From: a virus
Taxonomy: Duplodnaviria; Caudoviricetes
Virus record (IMG/VR): IMGVR_UViG_3300014168_000005
Location: 1 to 52,178 of that record
Direction: 5' to 3' (one strand)
Length of the DNA: 52,178 nucleotides
Below the pieces are notes generated by a model, which saw only the letters and a program-made list of their open reading frames with translations, did not search any database and was not told where the DNA came from. Each line of letters opens with the position of its first letter. Position 1 is the stretch's first letter. Below are positions 18,595-28,080 of the stretch, in pieces. The position numbers and the translations under genes were made by a program.

Positions 18595-19770
18595 CTAGAG
18601 TCGATCCGCGAGTCTCATCAACTCACGCATCTTCAGTTCGTGGAGTATCAAATCGAGGGCATCGTCTTCGCTGTCGGCACGGGCGTCGATCGAATCAACT
18701 CCCGATGCGTCGTTGCCTTTGTCCCATACACCGTACGGACAGACGGCAATGTGATCGAGCAGGACCGGCTTGTTTTCGATCAGCAGTTTCGAACCGTCCT
18801 CCATCTGGACTTGTTCGACATCCCTCATGCCTAAGAGGACGCCGGGCGATGTGGACATCGTCTCTTCCTCGAGCATGTCCGCGGCCAGCTCGTCATACAC
18901 CTTGGCGATACCCCAAACTTCATTGCCTTTGATGTAAGGCACGAAGTTGGTACCGATGATTCGGCGTCGAAACTCTTGCCCGTTGAGGATGGGCTTATCC
19001 TTCGGATGCTCCATGATCACTGGCAGCCCGTTGGTCCGCTCCAGAAACTCCGGTGTCAGGTACAGCGACGGATCGCGCCAGACGTACTCGTCGTGTCCCT
19101 TGCGATATGCGGCTCCGGTACCGGTTATGCGAAGCGCGATCAACAACAGGTTCTGATATCGCTGAGGGCTCGTCAGCTCCCCGTCTCGAATCGCCTTTGC
19201 GATCCCGAGTTCATCCAGTTCGAACTTCGCGAGTGCGATCGGAACTCCGGGATGCAGCGCCGACACAGCACCGAGCGCGAAACGACGGTCGACCCACTGG
19301 AAGCCATCATTCTCATCGCACAGGGTCGGGGTGAACTCTTCGTCGATCTTCGCTAGAAAAGTGGTGAAGTCGACGTTATCCGCAAGACGACGTGTCCACA
19401 ACACCAGTGGTCCCTGAACATCAACCCCAGTCTCCTCGAGGAACTCGCGCCGCGCGGCTTCTTCTGGAGTCTCGCCCTCCTCGATTCGCCCCCCGGGCGG
19501 AGCCCACCCCTGGCCGTCCGTGCGATGGGCGAGCAGAACGTGGCCAGTGGCGGCGAAGCAAAGGATGCCCGCAGCGCGAGTGACGGGTGGGGACTCGCCG
19601 AGCACGATCGCGAGCTGCTCGGGCGAGACCGAAATATCGTCGTCGTTGTAGGACTTGCCCGCCTTCTTCAAGGCGATCGCGACGGCCTGTTTCTGCTCGT
19701 GGCCGGACCGGACCAACTCGTCAATGTTGGCGGACACAACCGCGTTGGAATCTCCGAGCTTCAGTGGCAT
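18595..19770 (-). CDS. Nudix hydrolase fused to a DUF2213-type prohead protease
   Basis: Complete Nudix box GRIEEGETPEEAARREFLEETGV; protease-like LPVIMEHP, STSPG and HIAVC..GVWD; ATG at 19770 lies 4 nt after the muF stop. Confidence 0.85.
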   Translation of the reverse strand: MPLKLGDSNAVVSANIDELVRSGHEQKQAVAIALKKAGKSYNDDDISVSPEQLAIVLGESPPVTRAAGILCFAATGHVLLAHRTDGQGWAPPGGRIEEGETPEEAARREFLEETGVDVQGPLVLWTRRLADNVDFTTFLAKIDEEFTPTLCDENDGFQWVDRRFALGAVSALHPGVPIALAKFELDELGIAKAIRDGELTSPQRYQNLLLIALRITGTGAAYRKGHDEYVWRDPSLYLTPEFLERTNGLPVIMEHPKDKPILNGQEFRRRIIGTNFVPYIKGNEVWGIAKVYDELAADMLEEETMSTSPGVLLGMRDVEQVQMEDGSKLLIENKPVLLDHIAVCPYGVWDKGNDASGVDSIDARADSEDDALDLILHELKMRELMRLADRL

Positions 19771-19774
19771 AGCT

Positions 19775-20599
19775 TCATCCAGCGGCTCGTACACGCGCGA
19801 GCTCCGCGCGTCCTTTCTCGGTCAGCATCTCCGGGGGCAGGTCTCGGAGGTTGTAGAGGTACGAATAGGTGCATCGACAAAACACCAGTTGACCGGGCGC
19901 CTCGACCTCGTCCGTGTATTGCGCGCCTGCCAACTTCATGAGTCCGTCCGTCATCGCCCAGTTGCCACGGATCACAAACACCTCGCCGTTGCGAGCTTCG
20001 TGGTCTGGGCGCGCTTGGTAACCGCCGCCTTCCCTGACATGCCTCCAGATCGCCGCGATAGCGCCACCATCGCGCGCGACGATGTCGCTGAGAGTGGAGC
20101 TGAGCTTATGCCCTTGGTCGATGACGACTCGCCGCTCTTCGAAAGGCAGTCCAGCAATGGACTTTCGGACGGTTTCGTTGACCTCCCTACGCTCCACCAC
20201 ATCGCTGCCACCTGCCGGAATCGATGTGGCCCAGCCAGCAAAGCGCTGCAACGTGCGTTCAATCGAGGCTTGGCGATTGAGCTTGATCAGGTTAGCCGAC
20301 GCCAGGATTCGCCGGTCTAGTTCGGCTCGCAGGCTCGGCTTGATGTTGGCGATCGTGAACTGACCGACGCCTTTGTGGATCCGCGCGAGCTTCCCGCTCT
20401 CCACCAAACGCTCGTACACCCGGGTCAGGTTGGTCCGCAACTCTCTCTGCAGCACCTCTTCCGGGATCAGCGAGATCCGAGCCGCGGCTCTGAGTTCAAC
20501 CAACCAGCGGTCGAGGCGCTCCTGACTATCGAATCCATTCTCGGTGAGATCGGCGATGGCCGCGGTCAGCACCTGATAGAAGGACTTCGCGACAGGCAT
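19775..20599 (-). CDS. MuF-like minor head protein
   Basis: After the portal; WRH...RPDHEARNG...PGQLVFCRC motif. Confidence 0.85.
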   Translation of the reverse strand: MPVAKSFYQVLTAAIADLTENGFDSQERLDRWLVELRAAARISLIPEEVLQRELRTNLTRVYERLVESGKLARIHKGVGQFTIANIKPSLRAELDRRILASANLIKLNRQASIERTLQRFAGWATSIPAGGSDVVERREVNETVRKSIAGLPFEERRVVIDQGHKLSSTLSDIVARDGGAIAAIWRHVREGGGYQARPDHEARNGEVFVIRGNWAMTDGLMKLAGAQYTDEVEAPGQLVFCRCTYSYLYNLRDLPPEMLTEKGRAELARVRAAG

Positions 20600-22099
20600 C
20601 TACGCGGCCAGACGCGCCAGCTTCTTCGCTGCGGGCGGCTTGGGTTCCTTCTCACCACCCTCGGCACCAGCGCTGGAGTTTGCGAGGAGTCGCTGCTCTT
20701 CCTGCCGCTCCATTTCTTCCTCCAGAAAGCCCTTCAGCGTGTCGTCGTCGAGAATCAACTCACGCTTGAACAGATCCTTGTCCTCGTTCAGAGCGTCACA
20801 AGCCCACTGAACTAGGCGCACTTTGTTGGCGACGTCTACGATAGGCAGCAGCGTCTGCATGATCGAGACGATACTGCGCAGCCGAACTTCCGCGGCCTTG
20901 ACACGCTCGCTCTCAGGCTCCTCGAGCAGCGACGGCCATGTCGCCTTGAACGCCGCGCGCCATTCGCTGAAGACATCCTCGTAGTCGCGGTGGCCGTACT
21001 GGTCCGGATACTTCTTCTGAATTCTCAAGAAGAACACCGGGTTCCAGGCGCAATACATGATGATGTTGTCGAACCATCCGTACGTCGGGTCCATCTGAGT
21101 TCGGATCGTACCCAGGTAGCGGACGATGATCTTCGCATCCTCGGTACCCTCGCCGAATCCTTCCGTGAGAGTCTCGTTCTCCAACATCACGGCCGGCATG
21201 TCAGCCGCTGTCGAGATGTTCTTGAGAATGTTGCCACGACTGTACTCGCCGGCTTCCTTCACATTCTTCATGTCCAGGCACTCAATCGAGTCGTCGGGAC
21301 CGATGGAGAGCACCTGTCCGGCACGCGCCCACTTCAGGATCGAGCGCTTGATGCCCGCCATCTTGTCCATGATGTAATCGAGGACCGATCCGGGCTGCTT
21401 TTGCTTGGCCACCAATACCGAGTTCTTCGTCGCAATCACATCATCCGCGATCATCGTCAGGATGAAGGACTTCAACGGGTACAGTGCCCGCTGGTACACA
21501 CTGCGACCCACGAAACCGAACGCACTCGAGGTGTACTCGATGTACACCGGGTGCTCGTTCATCACGACTTGGCAGCGAGAGCTGTGAAACTTCTCACCGC
21601 TCACCGTGATCTGCGACGGCTTGTTGAAGTCTGCCGCCGTCGCCACCTGGTTCATCACCAGCGATCCGGCCGTGTTCAGCGGATCCAGCACGTTGAAGAA
21701 GATGGGCAGCTTGTACAGCTGTGTCATATCCAACGGTTCGTCGGTCGGCTTGTCCTTGCAGCCCATCGCAATGGAGGCGATACCGTAGACGCGCTTTAGG
21801 CTGTGAACATTGTGGATGAGGCTATCGCACTGGCGACGCTTCCACTCCGTCTCAAACTCCTCGACGAGTTCCTTCGGCGAATCCTCACCGACGGTAATCT
21901 GCCGCGGCATGCTCTGCGCCTGCGTGATCGGCGCCTCCGCCATCTTCTGCCCCAGCGGGTGCGAGACATAGATGGTTTTGCACAACTGATACGACGGGCG
22001 CGTCCCTGGCTCGATATCTTCCGCCAGCAACAGATCCGTCAGCGTCGACCCGAGATTCGAGCCTCCGGCCGTGATCAATGTCGCGGCATCGCCTGCCAT
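20600..22099 (-). CDS. Portal protein (DUF1073-like)
   Basis: 499 aa; RVYG, FHSSR, FGFVGRSV and AADMP..L motifs; upstream of muF. Confidence 0.85.
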   Translation of the reverse strand: MAGDAATLITAGGSNLGSTLTDLLLAEDIEPGTRPSYQLCKTIYVSHPLGQKMAEAPITQAQSMPRQITVGEDSPKELVEEFETEWKRRQCDSLIHNVHSLKRVYGIASIAMGCKDKPTDEPLDMTQLYKLPIFFNVLDPLNTAGSLVMNQVATAADFNKPSQITVSGEKFHSSRCQVVMNEHPVYIEYTSSAFGFVGRSVYQRALYPLKSFILTMIADDVIATKNSVLVAKQKQPGSVLDYIMDKMAGIKRSILKWARAGQVLSIGPDDSIECLDMKNVKEAGEYSRGNILKNISTAADMPAVMLENETLTEGFGEGTEDAKIIVRYLGTIRTQMDPTYGWFDNIIMYCAWNPVFFLRIQKKYPDQYGHRDYEDVFSEWRAAFKATWPSLLEEPESERVKAAEVRLRSIVSIMQTLLPIVDVANKVRLVQWACDALNEDKDLFKRELILDDDTLKGFLEEEMERQEEQRLLANSSAGAEGGEKEPKPPAAKKLARLAA

Positions 22100-22100
22100 G

Positions 22101-24191
22101 TCAGTTCACCGTCCCCGGGGTGCGCAGCAATTCAAAGTCCGCGCTCGCATAGCTGACCTGGCCCACACCATCGGTAATCTGAAACAGGACTTGGTGCAGC
22201 TCAAAATCACGCGACAAGTTGATCATCTTGTTTTGCTGACCCGTGATCGTGATGGCATTCGACAGTTCCGGAGTCGAAATGGGTGTGGCAGGCACCAACG
22301 TGAAGCCAGTGGACTCGTCCTGGACAGAATAGTTGACCGCCGTCGGCACAAACGGATCGCCGTTCGCATTGAAGTAGCCGATGGTCACGATGCATGCCGA
22401 GCCCGCGATGAACGTAGACCGCGCCACCGGAAGACCGGTCGGGCTCAGGATCAGGATGACGGCGCGCCCGAACTGCGCCTCCGCACCCGGCGGTTTGAAC
22501 GCAGCCGCCGAATCGACGATCGCACCACCTTCCAGGGTGATGCCGGTCGAGAGATCTCCAGTCGCCTCCACATCCACCAGCGCACTGCCGGCGAGCAACA
22601 GTCCCGTCAGCAACGAGCCCATGGCCGAAGACACGACATTGGCGGCTCCAGCAAATGCAGTCGTCAGCAACGCTGCACCCGCAGCCGAGCTCACCACATT
22701 GGCGTTTCCGGCCAAATTAATGGCGGTCTGAATCTGCGCGTTGGCCTGGGTCAGGGCGACCGCGGCGCCATCCAATACGATCTGAGCGCCCAGCGCACCC
22801 GCCACCGTGCTGTTGACGGCGACTTGAGCTGCGAGCGCAATGCGCGTCGTCAGCTGCGCGACTGCCTGCGAGAGCACTTGCGCATTGCCCTGGAGAGAGG
22901 CTTGGCCGCCGGTCAATGCACCGGTAGCCGCGATGTTAGCCATCGCCGATGCATTCAGCTGAATGCCGGTGACCATGGATGCAGCCGCGTTGGCGATCGC
23001 GAGCGCATTACCGGCCAGGTGAATGCCTGTCGTCAGGCTTCCAAGCGTCGATACCGATGCGAGCGCCGCCCCGGCCATCTGAATCGCCGTGCTCAGCGTT
23101 GCCGCGGCGGCTGCCACCACATTGGTGTACGACACCATCTGCGGCGTGATCACGACGATGCCCACATTCCATGCGGTGCCATCGAAGAACTGGACGACGA
23201 AAGAACAGTCGTTCGAGGTCGAACTGATCTCGCCGTTCGCGTAGACCGTCGCCTTCGACGCATCGTAGTAGAGCGTCGTCCCGACCGGCGGATCGACTCC
23301 GGTCCAGAAATTGGGATCGTGAATGCCGCCCGGGCCAGTGTACTGTGTGCCGGTCAGCGTAACCGTGGACCAATTCGTCAGTGCGCTGGAGGCGGCAACG
23401 CCTGCATTGGCGCTCCCGAGCATCCTGATCGCAGTGGCCAATGACGCCGCAGCATTGGCGGCGACCGCTCCCTGGCCCGCTAGAGCCGCACCCGACGCGG
23501 TCTTCAGCAGAATCGTGATGCTCTGCGAGTTGGCGCTGGTGTCGGTGTTGGTTAGCGCGGCCGAGTCGGCATCCGTTGCTGCCGCGGCCGACTGCTGGTC
23601 CCACCAGAATCCGGCAGCGATTGCATTGCCATTCGGAACGTAAGCCGGCGTGATCTGCGAATAGACCCCGTTGTCGACCAACCAGTCGTTGAACGACGAC
23701 CCGTTGTTGGTCGGGCTCTTGACGCAGTGGCCACAACGGATGGCCATGCAGTTGGGCACGCTGGGCGCCGATGTGGCATTGACCGAGATCCGGCCCGTCG
23801 AATTCGTGCCGCGGTCATTGAAGGCGGCCACGATCGTTGACAGATCAGTGTAGACGTTGCCGCCGAAGCCGAAGATTCGCGCGTACGCCTGGGTCGTACC
23901 GTCCCATTGGAAGGTGACCGACGCCGGATCGGTTCCATCCGCCTTCGTGACGTAGGCATACAAACACACGCACGGTGCGTTCGTGTTGACATTCAGCTTC
24001 GTAAAGCCAAGCGCAGCCAGCGCGGAATCCGGAGGCGACACCGAAATGCTGTTGCAACCGGTGTGCAGGAGCAGCAGCCGCTTGACACCATCGTTGAGGC
24101 CCGACGGCAGCGGTACCGTCATGTTGCCGCCGGCAAGCGCGGGCGTGTAACCGGAACCGCCCGCGGCGAAGAACGTGTACTGCGAGCTCAC
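22101..24191 (-). CDS. Large Ala/Gly-repeat fibre scaffold protein
   Basis: 696 aa: N-terminal beta-domain, ~13 copies of a 20-aa repeat, C-terminal Ig-like domain. Confidence 0.65.
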   Translation of the reverse strand: MSSQYTFFAAGGSGYTPALAGGNMTVPLPSGLNDGVKRLLLLHTGCNSISVSPPDSALAALGFTKLNVNTNAPCVCLYAYVTKADGTDPASVTFQWDGTTQAYARIFGFGGNVYTDLSTIVAAFNDRGTNSTGRISVNATSAPSVPNCMAIRCGHCVKSPTNNGSSFNDWLVDNGVYSQITPAYVPNGNAIAAGFWWDQQSAAAATDADSAALTNTDTSANSQSITILLKTASGAALAGQGAVAANAAASLATAIRMLGSANAGVAASSALTNWSTVTLTGTQYTGPGGIHDPNFWTGVDPPVGTTLYYDASKATVYANGEISSTSNDCSFVVQFFDGTAWNVGIVVITPQMVSYTNVVAAAAATLSTAIQMAGAALASVSTLGSLTTGIHLAGNALAIANAAASMVTGIQLNASAMANIAATGALTGGQASLQGNAQVLSQAVAQLTTRIALAAQVAVNSTVAGALGAQIVLDGAAVALTQANAQIQTAINLAGNANVVSSAAGAALLTTAFAGAANVVSSAMGSLLTGLLLAGSALVDVEATGDLSTGITLEGGAIVDSAAAFKPPGAEAQFGRAVILILSPTGLPVARSTFIAGSACIVTIGYFNANGDPFVPTAVNYSVQDESTGFTLVPATPISTPELSNAITITGQQNKMINLSRDFELHQVLFQITDGVGQVSYASADFELLRTPGTVN

Positions 24192-24400
24192 GCCGCGGAC
24201 TCAGCCATCGCGCGTAGGCGAGTCATCCGACGATGGTGGGCGCGACCAATGGCATGCGCGGTATCGCGATCGATACTGCACTTTTGGCACCGATCGCTGC
24301 AGCCGTCATCGCCAAAGTGATGGTCACACTCAATGGAGCGTTGGGTGATCGCCAGCCATTCCTCGTGATGGCACGGCGGCAGCGAGGCCTCGTCACTCAT
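24188..24400 (-). CDS. Small Cys/His-rich protein (70 aa)
   Basis: ATGA and GTGA overlaps with both neighbours; MSDEASLPPCHHEEW...CDHHFGDDGCSDRCQKC. Confidence 0.5.
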   Translation of the reverse strand: MSDEASLPPCHHEEWLAITQRSIECDHHFGDDGCSDRCQKCSIDRDTAHAIGRAHHRRMTRLRAMAESAA

Positions 24401-26187
24401 GAGTAGTTGGTCGGATACGCCCCATTGGGCGGATTGGCCTTGAGGACGGCAAACGCCTGAGTCCAGCGCCGATCTGCTGGCACATACGTCGCACTGTCTG
24501 GAATGAAGGTCAGCAACACGTGCGATGCCCCGTAGTCGAGGTTGTAGGAATCGGCTAGATCCTGTGGCGTAAACCCATTCGAGCCGCCCATCGAACACGT
24601 CGCCGTCACAGTCGCGGCTGAGCCGAGACCACCACTCCAGGTGAGCGTCTTTCCGTCAGTGACCGTGCAAGACCGAATCGTTCCGTTTGAGAATCGAATC
24701 GAGTAACCGACGCCGTTGGGCCACTTTCCGTTGTTGAACGAAGGCGAGATCTGAGCGCTCGTCGCGCCGGCGGCAGGAGCCGATGCGAGCGTGAACGTGA
24801 ACGATCCGCCCGCGATTCCACCGAAGGCGCCCAGATCCGGAGCTTGAATTTCGGTCAGAAACCGAACACCGGCGGCTTTCCAGTTGGTCAGTGTCGCTGT
24901 TGATCCCGTTGCTCGTTGTGCAACGTATGCCTGCTGCCCCCAACCGAACAACGTCCCGGAAGGCGAGTTCCGATACGTAATGTACATGTGCCCATACAGA
25001 TCCGTCTGGCCCGGAGTCGCCTGGCTCTGAACGATGGTCGTCTCGAGATCCTGGCAAGGCGTCGACGTCTGCATGAACGTGTTTTCGTAGAAACAGTTCG
25101 CCGTCGTCAACGCTGCCACGGTTGCCTGCATCAACGATGTCTGCGTGACCGTGGAGGCCGAATCCGTGTATCCCGAGCCGGTTGACCCGTTCGCAGAGTT
25201 CGCACCGATCCAGAAGGAGTTCTCGCCGTAAACGATGCCCTCAAACAGAGGCTTGCTATTCGCCCACGTCGCGACCTGCTGGACACATTTGATCAGGCGA
25301 GCCATCACGCTCGTACGATGCAGTTGGGCTGCGTACGTGTTGCCGTTGCCGTCCCCGCCTGACCAGCCTGAGACACCCGCGGGCTGCGTAATGACCGAGA
25401 ACGTGACGGTCGTCGAAGTCTGGGCAGCGGTTAGGCCGCCAGACCAGGAGATAGCCGTTGACCCCTTTGTGGCGGTGACCGTCTTCGTCTCACCATCACC
25501 AAACTTGAAGGTGTACGACCCGCTGTTGGCCTGCCACGAGCTCGACAACGTCGCGCTGGTCGCACCCGCTGCCGGAGCTGCGGTCATCGACGCACTCGTG
25601 ATCCGCCATCCCGCCTGTCCGTACGTTGAGACGCTCTGCTGGAGATACAGCGGAAGGATCGAGTCGTCGTTCGTGCCCGGATGCGTCGATGTAAAGGCGC
25701 CGACCTCGATGATGATCATCATCCGCTTGCCGCTGGGGCTCAGCGTGTTGTAGATCTCATCGAGAATCGCAGTGTTGTACGTATCCTGCGAGGGTTCTAG
25801 GCAACTCCACGTAATGAAAGCGCAGTGACCGACGCAGCCGTTCGTTGAAATCGCCGTCGACAGCTCGCTGGCGATTCGCGATGCCGCAGTCTGGCCTTTG
25901 AAGATGACCGTGTTCGAATCCATGTAGATACCTGGATTCCAAACGCGAGTGGCGCCGCCACCTCCGCCGGACAGAGTTGCTGCAACGGCGGAGGCCACCG
26001 AGCCGCCACCACTCAGCTTTACTTTCGTCGTGAGCGATGCCGAGGCATTGACGCCGACCGCCGCGGCTCCACCGTCTCCCGATGGCTTGTCGCCATTGGG
26101 ATACCGACCCCAGTAGAGGCCGTCAAAGCTGGTCTTGAATATCGAGATCTCGACCTGGGAAGCAACGGGCGGGCGACCGATCGTCAT
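24397..26187 (-). CDS. Glycoside-hydrolase-like TIM barrel (GH-A-like) with two inserted duplicated beta-domains
   Basis: WNPGIY and TWSCLEPSQDTYN; candidate catalytic Glu in GEN and TEIQ. Confidence 0.6.
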   Translation of the reverse strand: MTIGRPPVASQVEISIFKTSFDGLYWGRYPNGDKPSGDGGAAAVGVNASASLTTKVKLSGGGSVASAVAATLSGGGGGATRVWNPGIYMDSNTVIFKGQTAASRIASELSTAISTNGCVGHCAFITWSCLEPSQDTYNTAILDEIYNTLSPSGKRMMIIIEVGAFTSTHPGTNDDSILPLYLQQSVSTYGQAGWRITSASMTAAPAAGATSATLSSSWQANSGSYTFKFGDGETKTVTATKGSTAISWSGGLTAAQTSTTVTFSVITQPAGVSGWSGGDGNGNTYAAQLHRTSVMARLIKCVQQVATWANSKPLFEGIVYGENSFWIGANSANGSTGSGYTDSASTVTQTSLMQATVAALTTANCFYENTFMQTSTPCQDLETTIVQSQATPGQTDLYGHMYITYRNSPSGTLFGWGQQAYVAQRATGSTATLTNWKAAGVRFLTEIQAPDLGAFGGIAGGSFTFTLASAPAAGATSAQISPSFNNGKWPNGVGYSIRFSNGTIRSCTVTDGKTLTWSGGLGSAATVTATCSMGGSNGFTPQDLADSYNLDYGASHVLLTFIPDSATYVPADRRWTQAFAVLKANPPNGAYPTNYS

Positions 26188-26211
26188 GGCCGCCCCACTA
26201 GTCCGCGGCGC

Positions 26212-27402
26212 TCACTGTGTCGTCACACCGTAATTGCGGACGTAGATGGTCGTCGGATTCGCGGGATTGTGATCCCACTGGTGTCCGTCCTTGTACCAGT
26301 TGTAACGCTCAAAGAAGATCGTCTGGCTGGAGATGCTGGTCGAGGACGTGAGCCCCGAGCCGGCAATGGGCCAGGTTCCAATTCCCTTCGGCGGCGCCGC
26401 AGTACCGCTTCCCTGCGCGTTTCCGTTGTTGGTGTACCACCCGCCCGTGGGAATGTTCGCTCCGGTGATCCAACCCGCATTGTCGATGTAGTTCGAACCC
26501 GCGCAGGCGGTTACGGTCAGAGTGCCGGTACCGGTTCCGGTCCCCGCAATCGACCCGGTGCATGTTTTCTTTCCGCTGGAAGTGATGTGGAGATCCTCGA
26601 GCGGGATCTTGCACGACACCCATTGGCCGACGACCGGCGTGCAGTAGCTGAAGAGTTCCGGCTGATAAGAGTTCTGCAATAGCGAGAACGCATCACCCGG
26701 CGGAATGCGGGAAGTGACGCCAACGCCCAATCCATTGGTCGTGTACTCGGTGCTCGTAACATAGATATCGAGGACGAGATAGTTGAAAGCTCCGATCTCG
26801 CCATCATTCGGGAACCCGTTCTGGCCCGGCGCCAGGGGTGGCCCGACACCAGGCTGTACACCGCCGCCGCCCGGCCAGGTCCAGAGCATGACCGGCTGTC
26901 CACCGCCGGCGGGATCGGTGGCATTGAAATTGATCGTTGCGCCGCTGTACGAAAGATCGGATCCCGTGGTGTTGGACCCATTCTTGTACATCCACATCGA
27001 CGGTGTGGCCGCCGCGCTTTCGTTCGTCCCATCCGTCGCTTTGACGGTGTAGGCGTACACGGTCGCCACCTGGGTGACGCCTGAGGGATTCGAATTGGTG
27101 GCGGTGGAGTCGGTGTAACTGGTGGACGACGTGTTGGCGAGGAACGTCCCGTTCCGATAGACGTTGTAGCCACCGGTGGCGCCCGCGCTCGCCGTCCAGG
27201 TGAGCATCTGCGAATTGGTGATGGGCGCCGTCGAATTGCTGGTACCCGCCTGCTGTGCGATCTGCAGGTTGGTGACTGGCGCAAGCGATCCGCCTCCGCC
27301 ACTGGAAGCGGCGGCACCGCGAGCATGGCGAGCAAAGTCTGCCTGCGGAAACAGGCTGACGATCAGCAGCAGTACGAGCGCTTTGGAAAAGAATGACTTC
27401 AT
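26212..27402 (-). CDS. Secreted FN3 plus carbohydrate-binding-like protein
   Basis: Signal peptide MKSFFSKALVLLLIVSLFPQADFA; FN3 motifs LTWTAS, GYNVYRNG and YAYTVKATD; CBM-like WVSCKIPLEDL. Confidence 0.7.
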   Translation of the reverse strand: MKSFFSKALVLLLIVSLFPQADFARHARGAAASSGGGGSLAPVTNLQIAQQAGTSNSTAPITNSQMLTWTASAGATGGYNVYRNGTFLANTSSTSYTDSTATNSNPSGVTQVATVYAYTVKATDGTNESAAATPSMWMYKNGSNTTGSDLSYSGATINFNATDPAGGGQPVMLWTWPGGGGVQPGVGPPLAPGQNGFPNDGEIGAFNYLVLDIYVTSTEYTTNGLGVGVTSRIPPGDAFSLLQNSYQPELFSYCTPVVGQWVSCKIPLEDLHITSSGKKTCTGSIAGTGTGTGTLTVTACAGSNYIDNAGWITGANIPTGGWYTNNGNAQGSGTAAPPKGIGTWPIAGSGLTSSTSISSQTIFFERYNWYKDGHQWDHNPANPTTIYVRNYGVTTQ

Positions 27403-27408
27403 GGACGT

Positions 27409-28080
27409 TTACTGAAGCGCGGCTGCCTGAAGGGAGATGTTGCCGGTACCGGTCGTCAGCGTGAAAACGACGGTCAGTGTCTGGCTCGCTGATCCGGCCG
27501 CGTAGGTGATCGTGACTACGCCATCGGAAAAGCCACTGCCGTTCACCAGCCCGTTGTAATCGACCGCCGTTGCGGACCCATCACTCAAACTCGCATGCAC
27601 ATTGGTCGCGGAGCAGTTGAAGACCCCCAAATAGAGCTTCAGCGTGCGTGTCGTAGTGCCCGCGGGCGCGGTGATCGTGAATGTGCCGGAGGCGTTCGAC
27701 TGGTAGATGCCGTTCTGATTCGAGGCGCTCGCCGTCGGCGTTCCATCGCTCCAGGTGATCGTCCGGCTGTCGTTGGTGTAGTTACCGAGGTTGCCGGTAA
27801 AGGCACCGGTGATATTGCCACCCCCGGTTTTGTGATCGCCAGGCGAGGCACCGGTGGTCGCCGTGCCCCAAGCCGCCCAGTCGACCGAGCCGACCGAGGT
27901 GATGTTGACAGTCGTCCCATCAATTGCGCCCGCGATCGAGAGCGAGGCGCCCGCTGACGACGACGTCTTGAGCAGTCCTCCGCTACCCGCAACCGGACCA
28001 GCTGATCCGACAACGAGCTGAGCGTGCGCCGTTGCCGCGAGCACCAGCAGCAACAGACTCGCAAAGACCTTGCGCATCAT
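27409..28080 (-). CDS. Secreted beta-sandwich protein
   Basis: Signal peptide MMRKVFASLLLLVLAATAHA-Q; Thr/Ser/Gly-rich beta pattern. Confidence 0.7.
   Translation of the reverse strand: MMRKVFASLLLLVLAATAHAQLVVGSAGPVAGSGGLLKTSSSAGASLSIAGAIDGTTVNITSVGSVDWAAWGTATTGASPGDHKTGGGNITGAFTGNLGNYTNDSRTITWSDGTPTASASNQNGIYQSNASGTFTITAPAGTTTRTLKLYLGVFNCSATNVHASLSDGSATAVDYNGLVNGSGFSDGVVTITYAAGSASQTLTVVFTLTTGTGNISLQAAALQ

Noticed and set aside
20600-22099. Anti-CBASS Acb1 label sometimes attached to DUF1073 proteins
   Set aside because: Size, motifs and position before muF indicate a portal; no paired HxT phosphoesterase motifs noticed
22071-23444. Long plus-strand ORFs such as 22071-23444, 4718-5776, 6028-6906 and 20990-21799
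   Set aside because: Antisense shadows of real minus-strand genes in GC-rich DNA; Arg-rich and motif-free
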